From: Candidatus Sericytochromatia bacterium
Lineage (GTDB): Bacteria > Cyanobacteriota > Sericytochromatia > S15B-MN24 > UBA4093
Assembly: GCA_036676985.1 (NCBI GenBank)
Contig: JAKFBU010000027.1
Coordinates: 96,001 to 160,000, forward strand
Direction of reading: 5' to 3'
Length of the DNA stretch: 64,000 nt
The notes beneath the pieces are model-generated. The model worked only from the letters and a program-made list of their open reading frames with translations. It was not told the origin of the DNA and searched no databases. Positions 7,997 to 17,789 of this stretch are shown in pieces; the stretch's first letter is position 1; every line of letters starts with the position of its first letter. A program made the translations under genes and the position numbers.

Positions 7997-10900
7997 TCAG
8001 TCGACGAGCGCCGCGACGGGCGACTCGTGCGGGGCGGCCGGTGGCCGCCGGCGGAAGATCCGCCGCATGAAGAACTCCTTCAGGTCGTCCAGGAGCGTGT
8101 AGGCCACGGGCACCACGACCAGCGTGAGGGCCGTCGAGGTGATGAGGCCCCCGATGACGACGACCGCCATGGGCGACCGGAACTCGGCGCCGGCGCCCAG
8201 GCCGAGGGCCATGGGCAGCATGCCGAGGACCATGGCCGCGGTGGTCATGAGGATGGGCCGGAGCCGCACCTGAGACGCCCGCAGCACCGCGTCGGTGCGC
8301 GTGAAGCCGCGATCGCGCATCGTGAGGATGAAGTCGACGATGAGGATCGCGTTCTTGGTGACGATGCCCATCAGCATGATGATGCCGATGAGCGACATCA
8401 TGCCGAGCTCCTTGCCGAACACCAGCAGGCCGAGCATGGCGCCGATGATGGCCAGGGGCAGCGAGAACATGATGGTGAACGGGTGCAGGAACGAGCTGAA
8501 CTGCAAGGCCAGGATGAAGAAGATGAGCGTGACGCCCATGATCATCGCCTGGCCGAAGCCCGAGAAGGAGTCCCGCTGCTGCTCGGCCTGGCCCGACATG
8601 TCGACGGTGACGGACGGAGGCAGCTGCATGGTGGGCAGGATCTGCTTCTCGATGAAGTCCGTGGCCGTGCCCACGCTGACGCCGGGCACCAGGTTGGCCG
8701 TCACCTGCACCAGGCGCTGGCGATCCTTGCGCTCGATCTGGGCGTAGCCGCCGCCCGGCTGCACCTCGGCCACGGCCCCCAGGGGAACCGAACCGCGCTG
8801 GCCCTGGATCGAGAGGCTCGTCAGCGAGTTCACGTCCTTGCGGTAGGCCGGATCGAGGCGCACCCAGACGTCGATCTCGTTGGGGCCGGCGGTCATGGTG
8901 TTGGGCGTGTCGCCGGTGGTCGCGAGGCGCAGGGTGTTGGCGAGCGCCATGGCCTGGATGCCGTTCTGCGCCATGCGGGCGCGGTCCGGCACGACGCGCA
9001 GCTCGTTGCGCTCCTGGCCGAGGCTCGTCTCCACGTCCGCGAACTTCTGGTTGGCATGCATGGCCGTGGCCAGCTTCTCGGAGTAGAGCCGCAGCTCCTC
9101 GAGGTTGTCCCCCTGCATGAGGATTTGAACGGGCTTGTTGCTGGCGCCCGCCACCATGCCCATCTCGTCGGCCATGACCTTGGCGCCGACCATGTTCGTG
9201 AACAGCTCGCGCGCCTCCTTGGCGATGACGGAGTCGGACTTCTTGCGCTCGTGCTTCTCGACCAGGTGCACCTCGATGCTCGCCTGGTCCACGTTGCCCG
9301 TCGAACCGATCATGACGAAGGCGTGCTTGACCTCGGGAATCGCCTTGACCTGGCGGGCCACGTCGTTGGCGACCCGGGCCGTCTCGGTGAGGACCGTGCC
9401 GGTGGGCAGCTTGACCCGCAGGAGGAACTGACCCCGGTCGGCGCTGCCCATGAAGCCCTTCTGGATGAAGGGCGTGAGGCCCATGCCGCCGATGAAGGCG
9501 ACGGTGGCGCCCACCACGACGACCCAGCGGTGCTTTAGGCACCAGGCGAGCAGACGCGGATAGCGGCCCGACAGGTCGCCGTCCTCGTCGTGACCCGCGT
9601 GACCGGGCTTGGGCTTGACCTTGAGGAGGTACGCCGAGAGCATCGGCGTCAGGGTTCGGGCGATGAGCAGCGAGAACAGGACCGAGAAGGTGACGGTCAG
9701 GCCGAAGCTGCGGAAGAACTTGCCGATGTAGCCCGTCATGAACGACATGGGCAGGAACACGCCCACGATGGTCATGGTCGTCGCCGTCACCGCGAGCTGG
9801 ATCTCGCCCGTGGCGTCGATGGCGGCCTTGAGGGGGGGCACCCCCTTCTCCATGTGCCGGTAGATGTTCTCGAGGTCCACGACCGCGTCGTCGACCAGGA
9901 TGCCCACCACCAGCGACAGGGCCATCATGGTGATGTTGTTGAACGAGAAGCCCATGAGGTTCATGGGGACGAAGGCCATGAAGATCGAGAGCGGAATCGC
10001 GAGGCCGCTGATGATCATGGCCATGACGTTGCGCAGGAAGACGAACAGCACCAGGACCGCGAGGATGGCCCCGATGATGAGGTGCTCCCAGACGGCGTGG
10101 TTGGACTGCTCGACGAAGTGGCTGGTGTCGGATGCCTTGACCACCGCCATTCCGGCGGGGAAGGCCTTCTCGAGCTCGGCGAGCTTCTCGTCGACCTTGC
10201 GGACCACCTCCAGCGAGTTGGCGTCGGTCTGCTTCATGACCGAGAAGAACACCGCCTCCTTGCCGTCGACCGAGGCGTAGGTGGTGCGGTCCTTCACCGT
10301 GTCGCGCACGGTGCCGAGATCCTTGAGCTGGACCTGGGCGCCGGTCGGAGAGGTCACGTAGAGGCGGCTCAGGTCCTCGACGCCCGTGAACTTGCCCATG
10401 GTGCGCAGGGACAGCTCACGGGGCAGGGCTTCGACCTTGCCGCCGGGCAAGTTGTAGTTCTCCGCCTGGATGGCCTGGAACACGCCCGGCAGGCTCAGGT
10501 TGTAGGTCTGCAGCCGCTCCGGGTTGAGCGCGACCTCGAAGGTGCGCTCGGCGTTGCCGAGCATCTGGATCTGGGCCACGCCCGTGATCTGCTCGAGCTT
10601 GGGCTTGATCACGTCCTTGATGTAGGTGGACAGGGCCACGTCGGTCATGTTGGCCGTGATCGTGTAGTTGACGATGGGCGCGTTGCTCGAGCTCCAGGTC
10701 ATGTAGGCCGGGGGCCGCACGTCCTTGGGAAGCTTGTAGAGGATGGCCGAGACCTTGTCCCGGACGTCACTCGCCGCGTTCTTGTTGTCCACCTCCAGCT
10801 CGAACTCGCACACGACGGTCGAGATGCCGTCCTTGGAGGTCGAGTGCAGGTTCTTGAGGCCGTTGATGCCCGCCAGGGCGTCCTCGATGGGCTTGGAGAC

Positions 10901-11137
10901 GAGGGTCTCGACCTCGGCCGGGGCGGCTCCCGGATACACCGTGTTGACGATGACCACCGGGAACTCGATGTTCGGAAACAGCTCCAGCGGCATGCGCGTG
11001 AACGAGCGGATCCCCAGCAGCGTCAGGATCAAGACGATGATGATCGTCGTGACCGGGTTCTTGATGAAGAAGGTGGAGAAGTTGTAGCTCTCCTGCTTCT
11101 CTCCGGGCTGTTCGAAGGCGCTATGCTCGTGGCTCAC
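7997..11137 (-). CDS. RND efflux permease (AcrB/AcrD/AcrF family)
   Basis: 1046 aa; GILVDDAVVDLENI, KNAILIVDF, RLRPILMTT. Confidence 0.97.
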   Translation of the reverse strand: MSHEHSAFEQPGEKQESYNFSTFFIKNPVTTIIIVLILTLLGIRSFTRMPLELFPNIEFPVVIVNTVYPGAAPAEVETLVSKPIEDALAGINGLKNLHSTSKDGISTVVCEFELEVDNKNAASDVRDKVSAILYKLPKDVRPPAYMTWSSSNAPIVNYTITANMTDVALSTYIKDVIKPKLEQITGVAQIQMLGNAERTFEVALNPERLQTYNLSLPGVFQAIQAENYNLPGGKVEALPRELSLRTMGKFTGVEDLSRLYVTSPTGAQVQLKDLGTVRDTVKDRTTYASVDGKEAVFFSVMKQTDANSLEVVRKVDEKLAELEKAFPAGMAVVKASDTSHFVEQSNHAVWEHLIIGAILAVLVLFVFLRNVMAMIISGLAIPLSIFMAFVPMNLMGFSFNNITMMALSLVVGILVDDAVVDLENIYRHMEKGVPPLKAAIDATGEIQLAVTATTMTIVGVFLPMSFMTGYIGKFFRSFGLTVTFSVLFSLLIARTLTPMLSAYLLKVKPKPGHAGHDEDGDLSGRYPRLLAWCLKHRWVVVVGATVAFIGGMGLTPFIQKGFMGSADRGQFLLRVKLPTGTVLTETARVANDVARQVKAIPEVKHAFVMIGSTGNVDQASIEVHLVEKHERKKSDSVIAKEARELFTNMVGAKVMADEMGMVAGASNKPVQILMQGDNLEELRLYSEKLATAMHANQKFADVETSLGQERNELRVVPDRARMAQNGIQAMALANTLRLATTGDTPNTMTAGPNEIDVWVRLDPAYRKDVNSLTSLSIQGQRGSVPLGAVAEVQPGGGYAQIERKDRQRLVQVTANLVPGVSVGTATDFIEKQILPTMQLPPSVTVDMSGQAEQQRDSFSGFGQAMIMGVTLIFFILALQFSSFLHPFTIMFSLPLAIIGAMLGLLVFGKELGMMSLIGIIMLMGIVTKNAILIVDFILTMRDRGFTRTDAVLRASQVRLRPILMTTAAMVLGMLPMALGLGAGAEFRSPMAVVVIGGLITSTALTLVVVPVAYTLLDDLKEFFMRRIFRRRPPAAPHESPVAALVD

Positions 11138-12222
11138 TGGACGCCTCCTCCGACCGCGATCGGGTCACCGTTCTTGACGAAGGCCGCACCCTCGGTGATG
11201 ACGGGCGCGCCGGGCTGCAGGCCCGAGGTGACCTCCACCAGCTCGCCGGAGCGCAGGCCCGTGGTGACGACCACGCGCTCCGCCTTGCCGCCGGTGGCCA
11301 GGTAGACGATCTGCTCGGCGCCGTCGGTCAGGATGGCGGTGCCGGGCACGGCCAGGACGTTCTGGGTGGGGCCCGCGACGGTGCCGTTGACGTTCATGCC
11401 GACCTTGAGGCGGCCGGTCTGGGCGAGGTCCACCTTGACGGTGATGAGGCGGGTCTGCGGGTCGACCATCGGGGCGATCTCGCTGATCCGGCCCACGAAG
11501 GCCTCGCCTGGCAGGGCGACGCTCGTGACCGTCACGCGGCCGCCCTCGCGCACCAGCCCCAGGTCGCGCTCGGCGACGGGCAGCTTGGCCTGCAGGGACC
11601 CCGCCTGGGCGACGGTGACGATGGAGGTCGAGGGGCCCGCCATGGCGCCCACGTCGAGGCCCTTGGCGATGACGACGCCCGAAATGGGGCTCGTGATGGT
11701 CGCGTTGGCGAGCTGGCTCTCCATCAGGCTGATGGCGGCCTTGGCCTGCTTGACCTGGCTCGAGGCCACCTTGGCCTGGGTCTCGGCGGCCTTGAGCTGC
11801 TGCTGGCTGATGACGCCTTCGGTGGCGAGCTCGCGCATGCGCGAGAGGTTGTCCTCGGCCTGGTCCCGGTTGGCCTCGGCGCTGATGAGCGCGCTCTTCT
11901 GCTGCTGCAGCTGCCAGCCGAGCTCCGGCGTCTCGAGCACGGCGATCGTCTCGCCCTTGCGGACGCGGCTGCCTTCCTCGACCCGGAGCTCGAGAATGCG
12001 CCCGGAGGTCTTGGGCATGACGTTGACCTGGGACTTGGCGATGAGGGTGCCGTTCACCACGAGGTCCTTGGACATGGGGCGGGTGGTGGCGGGGACCGTC
12101 GCCACGGCCACCGGAGCCCGCGCGGCCTCCTGGTTCGTGTCCGCCTTGGGGCCGCGGCAGCCCACGACCAAGGTCACGGCCAGCGCGATCGACAGCCACG
12201 CAACTTTCTTCTGCACGATCAA
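11134..12222 (-). CDS. RND periplasmic adaptor (MFP) lipoprotein
   Basis: VVGC lipobox; SGRILELRVEEGSRVRKGE; TITSPISGVV; VEVTSGLQPGAPVI. Confidence 0.95.
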   Translation of the reverse strand: MIVQKKVAWLSIALAVTLVVGCRGPKADTNQEAARAPVAVATVPATTRPMSKDLVVNGTLIAKSQVNVMPKTSGRILELRVEEGSRVRKGETIAVLETPELGWQLQQQKSALISAEANRDQAEDNLSRMRELATEGVISQQQLKAAETQAKVASSQVKQAKAAISLMESQLANATITSPISGVVIAKGLDVGAMAGPSTSIVTVAQAGSLQAKLPVAERDLGLVREGGRVTVTSVALPGEAFVGRISEIAPMVDPQTRLITVKVDLAQTGRLKVGMNVNGTVAGPTQNVLAVPGTAILTDGAEQIVYLATGGKAERVVVTTGLRSGELVEVTSGLQPGAPVITEGAAFVKNGDPIAVGGGVQ

Positions 12223-12231
12223 GTTCCCTTT

Positions 12232-13620
12232 CTAAAGCCCCGGCCGCGTCGCCGTCCTGAGGTCCACCCCCAGGGCCTGCGCCACGCGCACCTCGGCCGC
12301 CTGTAGATCGTTATTCGCCTGGACGTAGGTATTTTGCGCCTGCACCAGCATCGTCTGGGCGTCGATGACTTCGTAACCCGTGCCGACGCCCGCATTGTAC
12401 CGCACTTGGGCCATCCGGTAGGACTCCTGCGAGACCTGGAGCCCCTTTTGGGCGATCCGGAGGCGATCGCGGGCGTCCTGGCGCGATAGGAGGGCGTTCT
12501 GGATGTCCATGCTCAGCTGCCGACGGGCGTTCTCGATGTTGAGGTCCGTCTGGCGGAGGTCCTGCTCGCTGGAGCGGACCTTGGCGTCGGCCTTGCCCCA
12601 GTCGATGAGGTTCCACTGCAAGGCCCCCAGGACCATGAAGGTCCGGCCGGTGCCGAGGCCTTGCTGGCTGTACTGTGCCTGGGCCTGGGCCTTGGGCATG
12701 TTGGCCGTGCGGTTCAGGTCCACGGTCGCCTCGTCCATCCGCCGCTTCAGTTGCAGCGTCTGGAGCTCGGGGCGGTTGGCGATCGCCGGTCCCAGGTCGT
12801 CCTCCAGGCCGAAGCCGACGGAGGCGAGGTTCAGCGAAGGCGACAGCGGACGGTTGCCAACGGGCTCGCCGAGCACGTTGGCGAGGTTCAGCCGGGCGAT
12901 CTCGACGCCGTTGGTGGTGCTTCTGAGCTGGCCCTGGACGTTGGCGAGCTGGCTTTCGGCCTGCAGCACGTCGAAGCGGGTGCCGGTGCCCGCGCGCTCG
13001 CGGACCTGGGCGGCCGCCACGTGGGACTGGGCCTGCTCGACCGCGCGCAGGGAGACCTCGCGCAGGCCTTCGGCGCGCAGCACCTGCACGTAGGCGTTGG
13101 CGGCGTCGTAGCTGGCCTTGCGGCGCTGGTTGGCGATGTCCACCCGGTTCATCTTGACCGAGGCGTCCGCGATCTTGAGGGCGTTGGCGGTCTGGAAGCC
13201 GTCGAAGAGCACCTGGGAGACCGAGAGCTGGGTCTGGATCATGTTGAAGGTGCTGCCGGCGCCGAAGCCCCCCAGGCCTCCGACTCCGCTCAGGCCGCCG
13301 AGTCCGCCGAGGCCCCCGAGCCCGCCGAGGCCGCCCAGCCCCCCCAGGCCGCCCATGCCGAGGCCGGCCGAGGCGCCCGCGTCGATCTGGCGGTAGCTAA
13401 GAGCGCTCGTCGTCAGGGAGAGCTGTGGATAGAGGCCCGCGTAGGTCTGCGAGATCTGGGTCTCGGACTGCGCGAGCTTGGCCTCGCTGACGGCGACCGA
13501 CAGGCTGTTGCGCTGCGCGATCTCGAGGGCCTGGTCGAGCGTGAGGGTCGCCTGGGCATAGGCGGCCGGCTGTGCGACGGCGACGAGTGCCGCCGCGGCG
13601 AGGATGGGAGGCAGCCTCAT
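12232..13620 (-). CDS. TolC family outer membrane efflux protein
   Basis: LTLDQALEIAQRNS; RYNAGVGTGYEVIDAQ; duplicated OEP pattern. Confidence 0.93.
   Translation of the reverse strand: MRLPPILAAAALVAVAQPAAYAQATLTLDQALEIAQRNSLSVAVSEAKLAQSETQISQTYAGLYPQLSLTTSALSYRQIDAGASAGLGMGGLGGLGGLGGLGGLGGLGGLSGVGGLGGFGAGSTFNMIQTQLSVSQVLFDGFQTANALKIADASVKMNRVDIANQRRKASYDAANAYVQVLRAEGLREVSLRAVEQAQSHVAAAQVRERAGTGTRFDVLQAESQLANVQGQLRSTTNGVEIARLNLANVLGEPVGNRPLSPSLNLASVGFGLEDDLGPAIANRPELQTLQLKRRMDEATVDLNRTANMPKAQAQAQYSQQGLGTGRTFMVLGALQWNLIDWGKADAKVRSSEQDLRQTDLNIENARRQLSMDIQNALLSRQDARDRLRIAQKGLQVSQESYRMAQVRYNAGVGTGYEVIDAQTMLVQAQNTYVQANNDLQAAEVRVAQALGVDLRTATRPGL
13261..13365 (-). repeat. In-frame (GGL)n 9-bp tandem repeat inside TolC
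   Basis: GLGMGGLGGLGGLGGLGGLGGLGGLSGVGGLGGFG. Confidence 0.9.
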
Positions 13621-14621
13621 GGCGTCACCCGTTCGGGGTGGTACGAGAGCCCGAGCCCGTAGACGTTCGCGAAGTCATCGTAGGTGCTGCCCGCTCCGAA
13701 GTGGCGCGTGTAGCTGAGGTCGGCGCGCAGGCCCGGGAACAGGTTGTAGCCGAGCGTGAGGCCCGCCTCTCCCCAGTGCGGCGACGCGGGCGCCTGCGGG
13801 GCGGTCGTCACCGTCACCGCCGCCCAGGGCACGTACATGCCGTGGGCGATGACCTCGAAGGCGCCGATCCGGGTGCCGGCGTCGAGCGCGAGGCCCAGGC
13901 CCTGGCGCGTCTGGGCGTAGTCGGCCGTGGTGCCGGTCCATGGCGTGGTGCCGCTCGGCGTCAGGTAGTAGTTGCTGAGCAGGACCTGGGGCAGCAACTC
14001 GAAGCCGCCGAGCCCGAGCACGTAGCCGGCCGAGAGGTTCCACTGGGTGGTCTCGAGGGCGGGGGCGGGGTTCGGCTGGGTGGCGGCCGGACCGATGCTC
14101 ACGGGCGCCTTGACGCGGAAGCCCGTGAGGCCGAGGGCCCAGTCGTTGACGCGGTAGCGCGCCTCGCCGGCGAACTCGTTGTTGGCCCAGCCCGTCACGC
14201 TGCGGCCGCTCGAGGCGAGGTACTGGTCCCGCACGCGGTAGGACAGGCCGACCTGGGTGTCGAAGAGCCGATAGACGCCGATGGCGGCCTCGGGGGCGAC
14301 GGGCACGAAACCGGGGCGGTAGGTCGGCACCGGCCGCATGACGATGGTCTGGGCGGCCGAGACGGGGACCTCCTGGCTGAGGAAGCCGACGCCCGAGATG
14401 ACGAGCACCTGGCGGCCATTGGGATCGAGGCGCAGGGTGTACTGCCCGCGCGCGTCGGTGGTGGCCGAGGCGATGGCCCCCTGCTGCTGGACGAACAGGT
14501 TCGGGACGGGCTTGCCGTCGGGGCCCTGGACGCGGCCGGTCACGGTGACGTCGGCGGCGAAAGCGGGGGCGGCGAGGCTCAGGCCGAGCCCCATGGCGAA
14601 TAGGGTGGTGAAGGGTCGCAT
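13617..14621 (-). CDS. Secreted protein: carboxypeptidase-regulatory-like domain plus probable outer-membrane beta-barrel
   Basis: Signal peptide; VTGRVQGPDGKPVP...ATTDARGQYTL; alternating strands ending YGLGLSY. Confidence 0.75.
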   Translation of the reverse strand: MRPFTTLFAMGLGLSLAAPAFAADVTVTGRVQGPDGKPVPNLFVQQQGAIASATTDARGQYTLRLDPNGRQVLVISGVGFLSQEVPVSAAQTIVMRPVPTYRPGFVPVAPEAAIGVYRLFDTQVGLSYRVRDQYLASSGRSVTGWANNEFAGEARYRVNDWALGLTGFRVKAPVSIGPAATQPNPAPALETTQWNLSAGYVLGLGGFELLPQVLLSNYYLTPSGTTPWTGTTADYAQTRQGLGLALDAGTRIGAFEVIAHGMYVPWAAVTVTTAPQAPASPHWGEAGLTLGYNLFPGLRADLSYTRHFGAGSTYDDFANVYGLGLSYHPERVTP

Positions 14622-14631
14622 GCTTTCCTCG

Positions 14632-15009
14632 TTACTGGAACGTGACCTGGGCGACCGCGACGTGATCGTTGTCGAGCACGAAGGACATGGTGGCCTGGTT
14701 CGAATTCATGGGGCGAAGCGGGGCCGTATTGGGAATGGCCGTGACGAGGTTGCTGCCCGTCGCAGACAGCGGGTAGGCGATGTTGTTGACGATCACCTTG
14801 ACGCTCGAGACCGACTGCCAGACGGCAGGGCGCGTGAAGCTGAGCGAGAGGGACTGACCGGTGGCGGTCACGTTGCTCGTCTCGGTGAGCGTGGTGGTCG
14901 GGACCTGCGCGGCGTCGCGCTGGCCCAGGTCGGCCCGGTAAGCGAGGCCCGAGTCGCAGCCCGCCAGCAAGAGGGCGGCCAGCGACGCGGTGAGGCATGG
15001 CTTGAACAT
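14632..15009 (-). CDS. Hypothetical lipoprotein
   Basis: LLAGC lipobox; first gene of the RND operon. Confidence 0.75.
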   Translation of the reverse strand: MFKPCLTASLAALLLAGCDSGLAYRADLGQRDAAQVPTTTLTETSNVTATGQSLSLSFTRPAVWQSVSSVKVIVNNIAYPLSATGSNLVTAIPNTAPLRPMNSNQATMSFVLDNDHVAVAQVTFQ

Positions 15010-15273
15010 GGTGGGGATCCTTTCGCCGGGAGCAGGGACAAGAGGCAGGCCAAAAAGTTTTACCGAAGTCTATGTTTAGGCTAGGCCGAGCCCCGATGAC
15101 TGTCAAGCCTCGGACGCGCCGGTTTCAAATCTTTACGCGGCCGATCCGGGCCCCGGGCGCTTAGCACGCGACGAAGGGTTGCGTAATGTGACCGTCATGC
15201 GCCGGTTTAACGGATGCAAAACGCTTCTTTTACATTGAGAGTCGTCGCCCCGGATCGAGGAAAGGAGCTTTCA

Positions 15274-15426
15274 ATGTTACGAGTGGATGCCTTCCTGAGC
15301 GCGAGCGATTACCCCGGTCATCGTCCGCAGCCCCTCCCGCGTCCCATGCCCAAGGAGCCCGCCAAGGCTGGTCAGTCCCTCAGCTTCGAAGAGGTCCTGC
15401 GGCAGGTCCAGCGCACCGGCCGCTAA
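15274..15426 (+). CDS. Small hypothetical protein (50 aa)
   Basis: AAAGGAG RBS; host-like codons. Confidence 0.5.
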   Translation: MLRVDAFLSASDYPGHRPQPLPRPMPKEPAKAGQSLSFEEVLRQVQRTGR

Positions 15427-15461
15427 GTCGGATCACCTCTCCAGCGTGGGATGCGCCCAGA

Positions 15462-17789
15462 TCAGGTGAGCAGACTCGCGAGCGAGGCACGGGCCATGCG
15501 CTCCCGGTAGGCCCGCTGCTCCATGGCCGTCTGATAGGAGCGCAGGTGCCGGAGCGGGATGTCGCTCGCAGGGGCCTTGAGCACGGACCATTCGTTTCCC
15601 CGCTCGACCAGGATGCCGGCCTCGCGGAAGATGGCGAGCGCCGTGAGGCCCGTCAAGGGCGATTCGTCGGCGATCCGCATGGCGAGTTCCCGTAACGACG
15701 CATGGGGCTCGTCGGCCAGCGCGAAGTAGAATTGCTGCAGCCAGGTGGGGGTGATGTCGGGCTCGTCCGCCGCGTCCCCCCATGCGAGCACCAGCCGGGT
15801 GGCGCGTCCGCGCAGGATGGTCCAGGCCATCTCGTCGCACGGCACGTCCACGCAGAGCACCACCCCGGGGTCCGCGACCAGACCCGTCGCCGGGCCGGTG
15901 AACCCGGCCCCGGAGGCCTGCATCGCCGCGACGAGCCTGGGATCCAGGCGTTCCACCCCGCCCCGGTTGGCGTAGACCGTGACCCGGGTGCCCGGCGCGA
16001 GCTCGTCCAGGATCCGCCAGGGGGCGTCGCCCCGCCGATCCTCGACCGGGGCGATCGCCCGGCTCGACGTCACCTCGAGCTCGACGGGCGCCGGCGCCTC
16101 GGCGGGCTCGATGCGCTGGGCCAAGTATTGAAGCGATCGCTGCCCCCGGAAGACGTTGATCTGCGGCTGGTACCACAGGTGGACCCAGCCCTTGCCCAGG
16201 GTCTCGATGGGGTGCGGCACGTCCTCGGAAGGCCGCCAGACGATCACCTCGCGTACGTCCCGGCCGTCGTCGATCTGTAGGGCCACCCGCTTGCCATGTT
16301 GGCGCTTGCCAAGCAGCCGGGCATGCGTGAGCCCGAACACGGGCGCCGGGTTCTTCTGCCCGAAGGGCTCGAGGGTCTCCAGATGGCCCAAGAGTGCCTC
16401 GTCCGCCTCGCGGAAGGGCAACAGGGCATCCAGCCACACGATGTCCGCGGGTCGGGTCCAACCGACGTCTGCGACGTAGCGGTTGAGGGCGGCGCGCAGG
16501 GGGCCGAGCTCCTCTTCCATGGCCGAGCAGCCGGCGGCCTGCGCATGCCCGCCGAAGCCCAGGAGGTGTTCCCGACAGGCGTGCAGGGCCTCGTAGAGAT
16601 GCAGGCCTTCGGGGCTGCGCCCGGATCCCTTCCAGACGCCATGGCCGTGGTCCGAGAAGAGCAGGACCGGGACCCGGTAGCGCTCCTTGATGCGGCCCGC
16701 GACGATGCCCGTGATGCCGTGGTGGTAGCGGGCATCGGCCAGGACCACGAAGGGCTCGGCGTCCAGATCGAGCTCGCGCTCGATCCGGGCGAGGATTTCT
16801 CCTTCCAGCTCCGCATTGAGCTCCCGGCGCTGGGCGTTGATCTGGTCCAGCTCCGCGGCATGGCGCTGGGCCTCCGCTCCGTCGTTGGTGGCCAGGAGCC
16901 TGAAGCCCACGTCCGGCGTCTCCAGCCGGCCGGCGGCGTTGAGGCGGGGCCCGAAGCGGAAGCCGATGTGCTGCGGCGAGAAGTCGGGCCAGTTGATGCG
17001 CGTGATCTCACCCAGCGCCCGCACGCCGGGCAGCATCTTGCCGGAGCGCATGCGCTCGATGCCCGCCCAGACGAGGGGACGGTTGGGGCCGTTGAGCGGC
17101 ACCATGTCCGCCACCGTGCCGATGGCTACCAGATCCAGGAAGGTCTCCATGCGGCTCGTGAACCCGCCCTCGAGGGCCAGCGTCAGGAGGTAGGCCACCC
17201 CAACTCCCGCCATGTCCTTGAGGTGCGCGAACTCCACCTGCGGGTGGACGATCGAGTAGACGTTCGGCAGCTCCTCGGGCACCTGGTGGTGGTCCGTGAC
17301 GATGAGGTCGATACCACATGCCTGCGCGGCGGCGGCAGCCGGATGGGCCGAGATGCCGTTGTCGCAGGTGACGATGACCTTGACGCCCTCGGCGGCGAGA
17401 CGCTCGACGGCCGCCGGCGTGACGCCGTAGCCGTCTTTGAAGCGATCGGGCAGGTACGCGCGGGCGTTGGCTTTCATGCCCCGGGCGAGGTAGCGGTAGA
17501 GCAGGGTCGAGGACGTCACGCCGTCGCAGTCGTAGTCCCCGTAGATGACCATGGCCTCCTGTCGATCGACGGCCTGCCGGATCCGGGCGACGGCACGCTC
17601 CATGCCTGCCGTGGCGATCGGAGCCTTCAGGTAGTCGAGCGAGTCGCGGCTCGCCAGAAAGGCGCGCGCCACCTCCGGGGTGGTGAAGCCCCGGAGCCAC
17701 ATGACACGGGCAACGGCCCGCGGCAGGCCGAGGGCGCTCGCGAGCCGATCGACCTCCGTCTCGTCGGCGGGTCTGATGAGCCAGGTCAT
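15462..17789 (-). CDS. recJ: ssDNA exonuclease RecJ with C-terminal extension
   Basis: YGDYDCDG, DRFKDGYG, TCDNG, TDHH, GTVADMVPL, PRLNAAGRL, GGHAQAAG, LEPFGQKNP. Confidence 0.97.
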   Translation of the reverse strand: MTWLIRPADETEVDRLASALGLPRAVARVMWLRGFTTPEVARAFLASRDSLDYLKAPIATAGMERAVARIRQAVDRQEAMVIYGDYDCDGVTSSTLLYRYLARGMKANARAYLPDRFKDGYGVTPAAVERLAAEGVKVIVTCDNGISAHPAAAAAQACGIDLIVTDHHQVPEELPNVYSIVHPQVEFAHLKDMAGVGVAYLLTLALEGGFTSRMETFLDLVAIGTVADMVPLNGPNRPLVWAGIERMRSGKMLPGVRALGEITRINWPDFSPQHIGFRFGPRLNAAGRLETPDVGFRLLATNDGAEAQRHAAELDQINAQRRELNAELEGEILARIERELDLDAEPFVVLADARYHHGITGIVAGRIKERYRVPVLLFSDHGHGVWKGSGRSPEGLHLYEALHACREHLLGFGGHAQAAGCSAMEEELGPLRAALNRYVADVGWTRPADIVWLDALLPFREADEALLGHLETLEPFGQKNPAPVFGLTHARLLGKRQHGKRVALQIDDGRDVREVIVWRPSEDVPHPIETLGKGWVHLWYQPQINVFRGQRSLQYLAQRIEPAEAPAPVELEVTSSRAIAPVEDRRGDAPWRILDELAPGTRVTVYANRGGVERLDPRLVAAMQASGAGFTGPATGLVADPGVVLCVDVPCDEMAWTILRGRATRLVLAWGDAADEPDITPTWLQQFYFALADEPHASLRELAMRIADESPLTGLTALAIFREAGILVERGNEWSVLKAPASDIPLRHLRSYQTAMEQRAYRERMARASLASLLT

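Noticed and set aside
6236-11305. Very long plus-strand ORFs (1100 aa, 571 aa) and similar ones at 2578-4476, 18634-21057, 31989-33917
   Set aside because: Antisense shadows of well-supported genes, expected at high GC3; no motifs.
15120-15150. Sigma-28-like promoter (TCAA...GCCGAT)
   Set aside because: Spacing is 11 rather than 15 nt.
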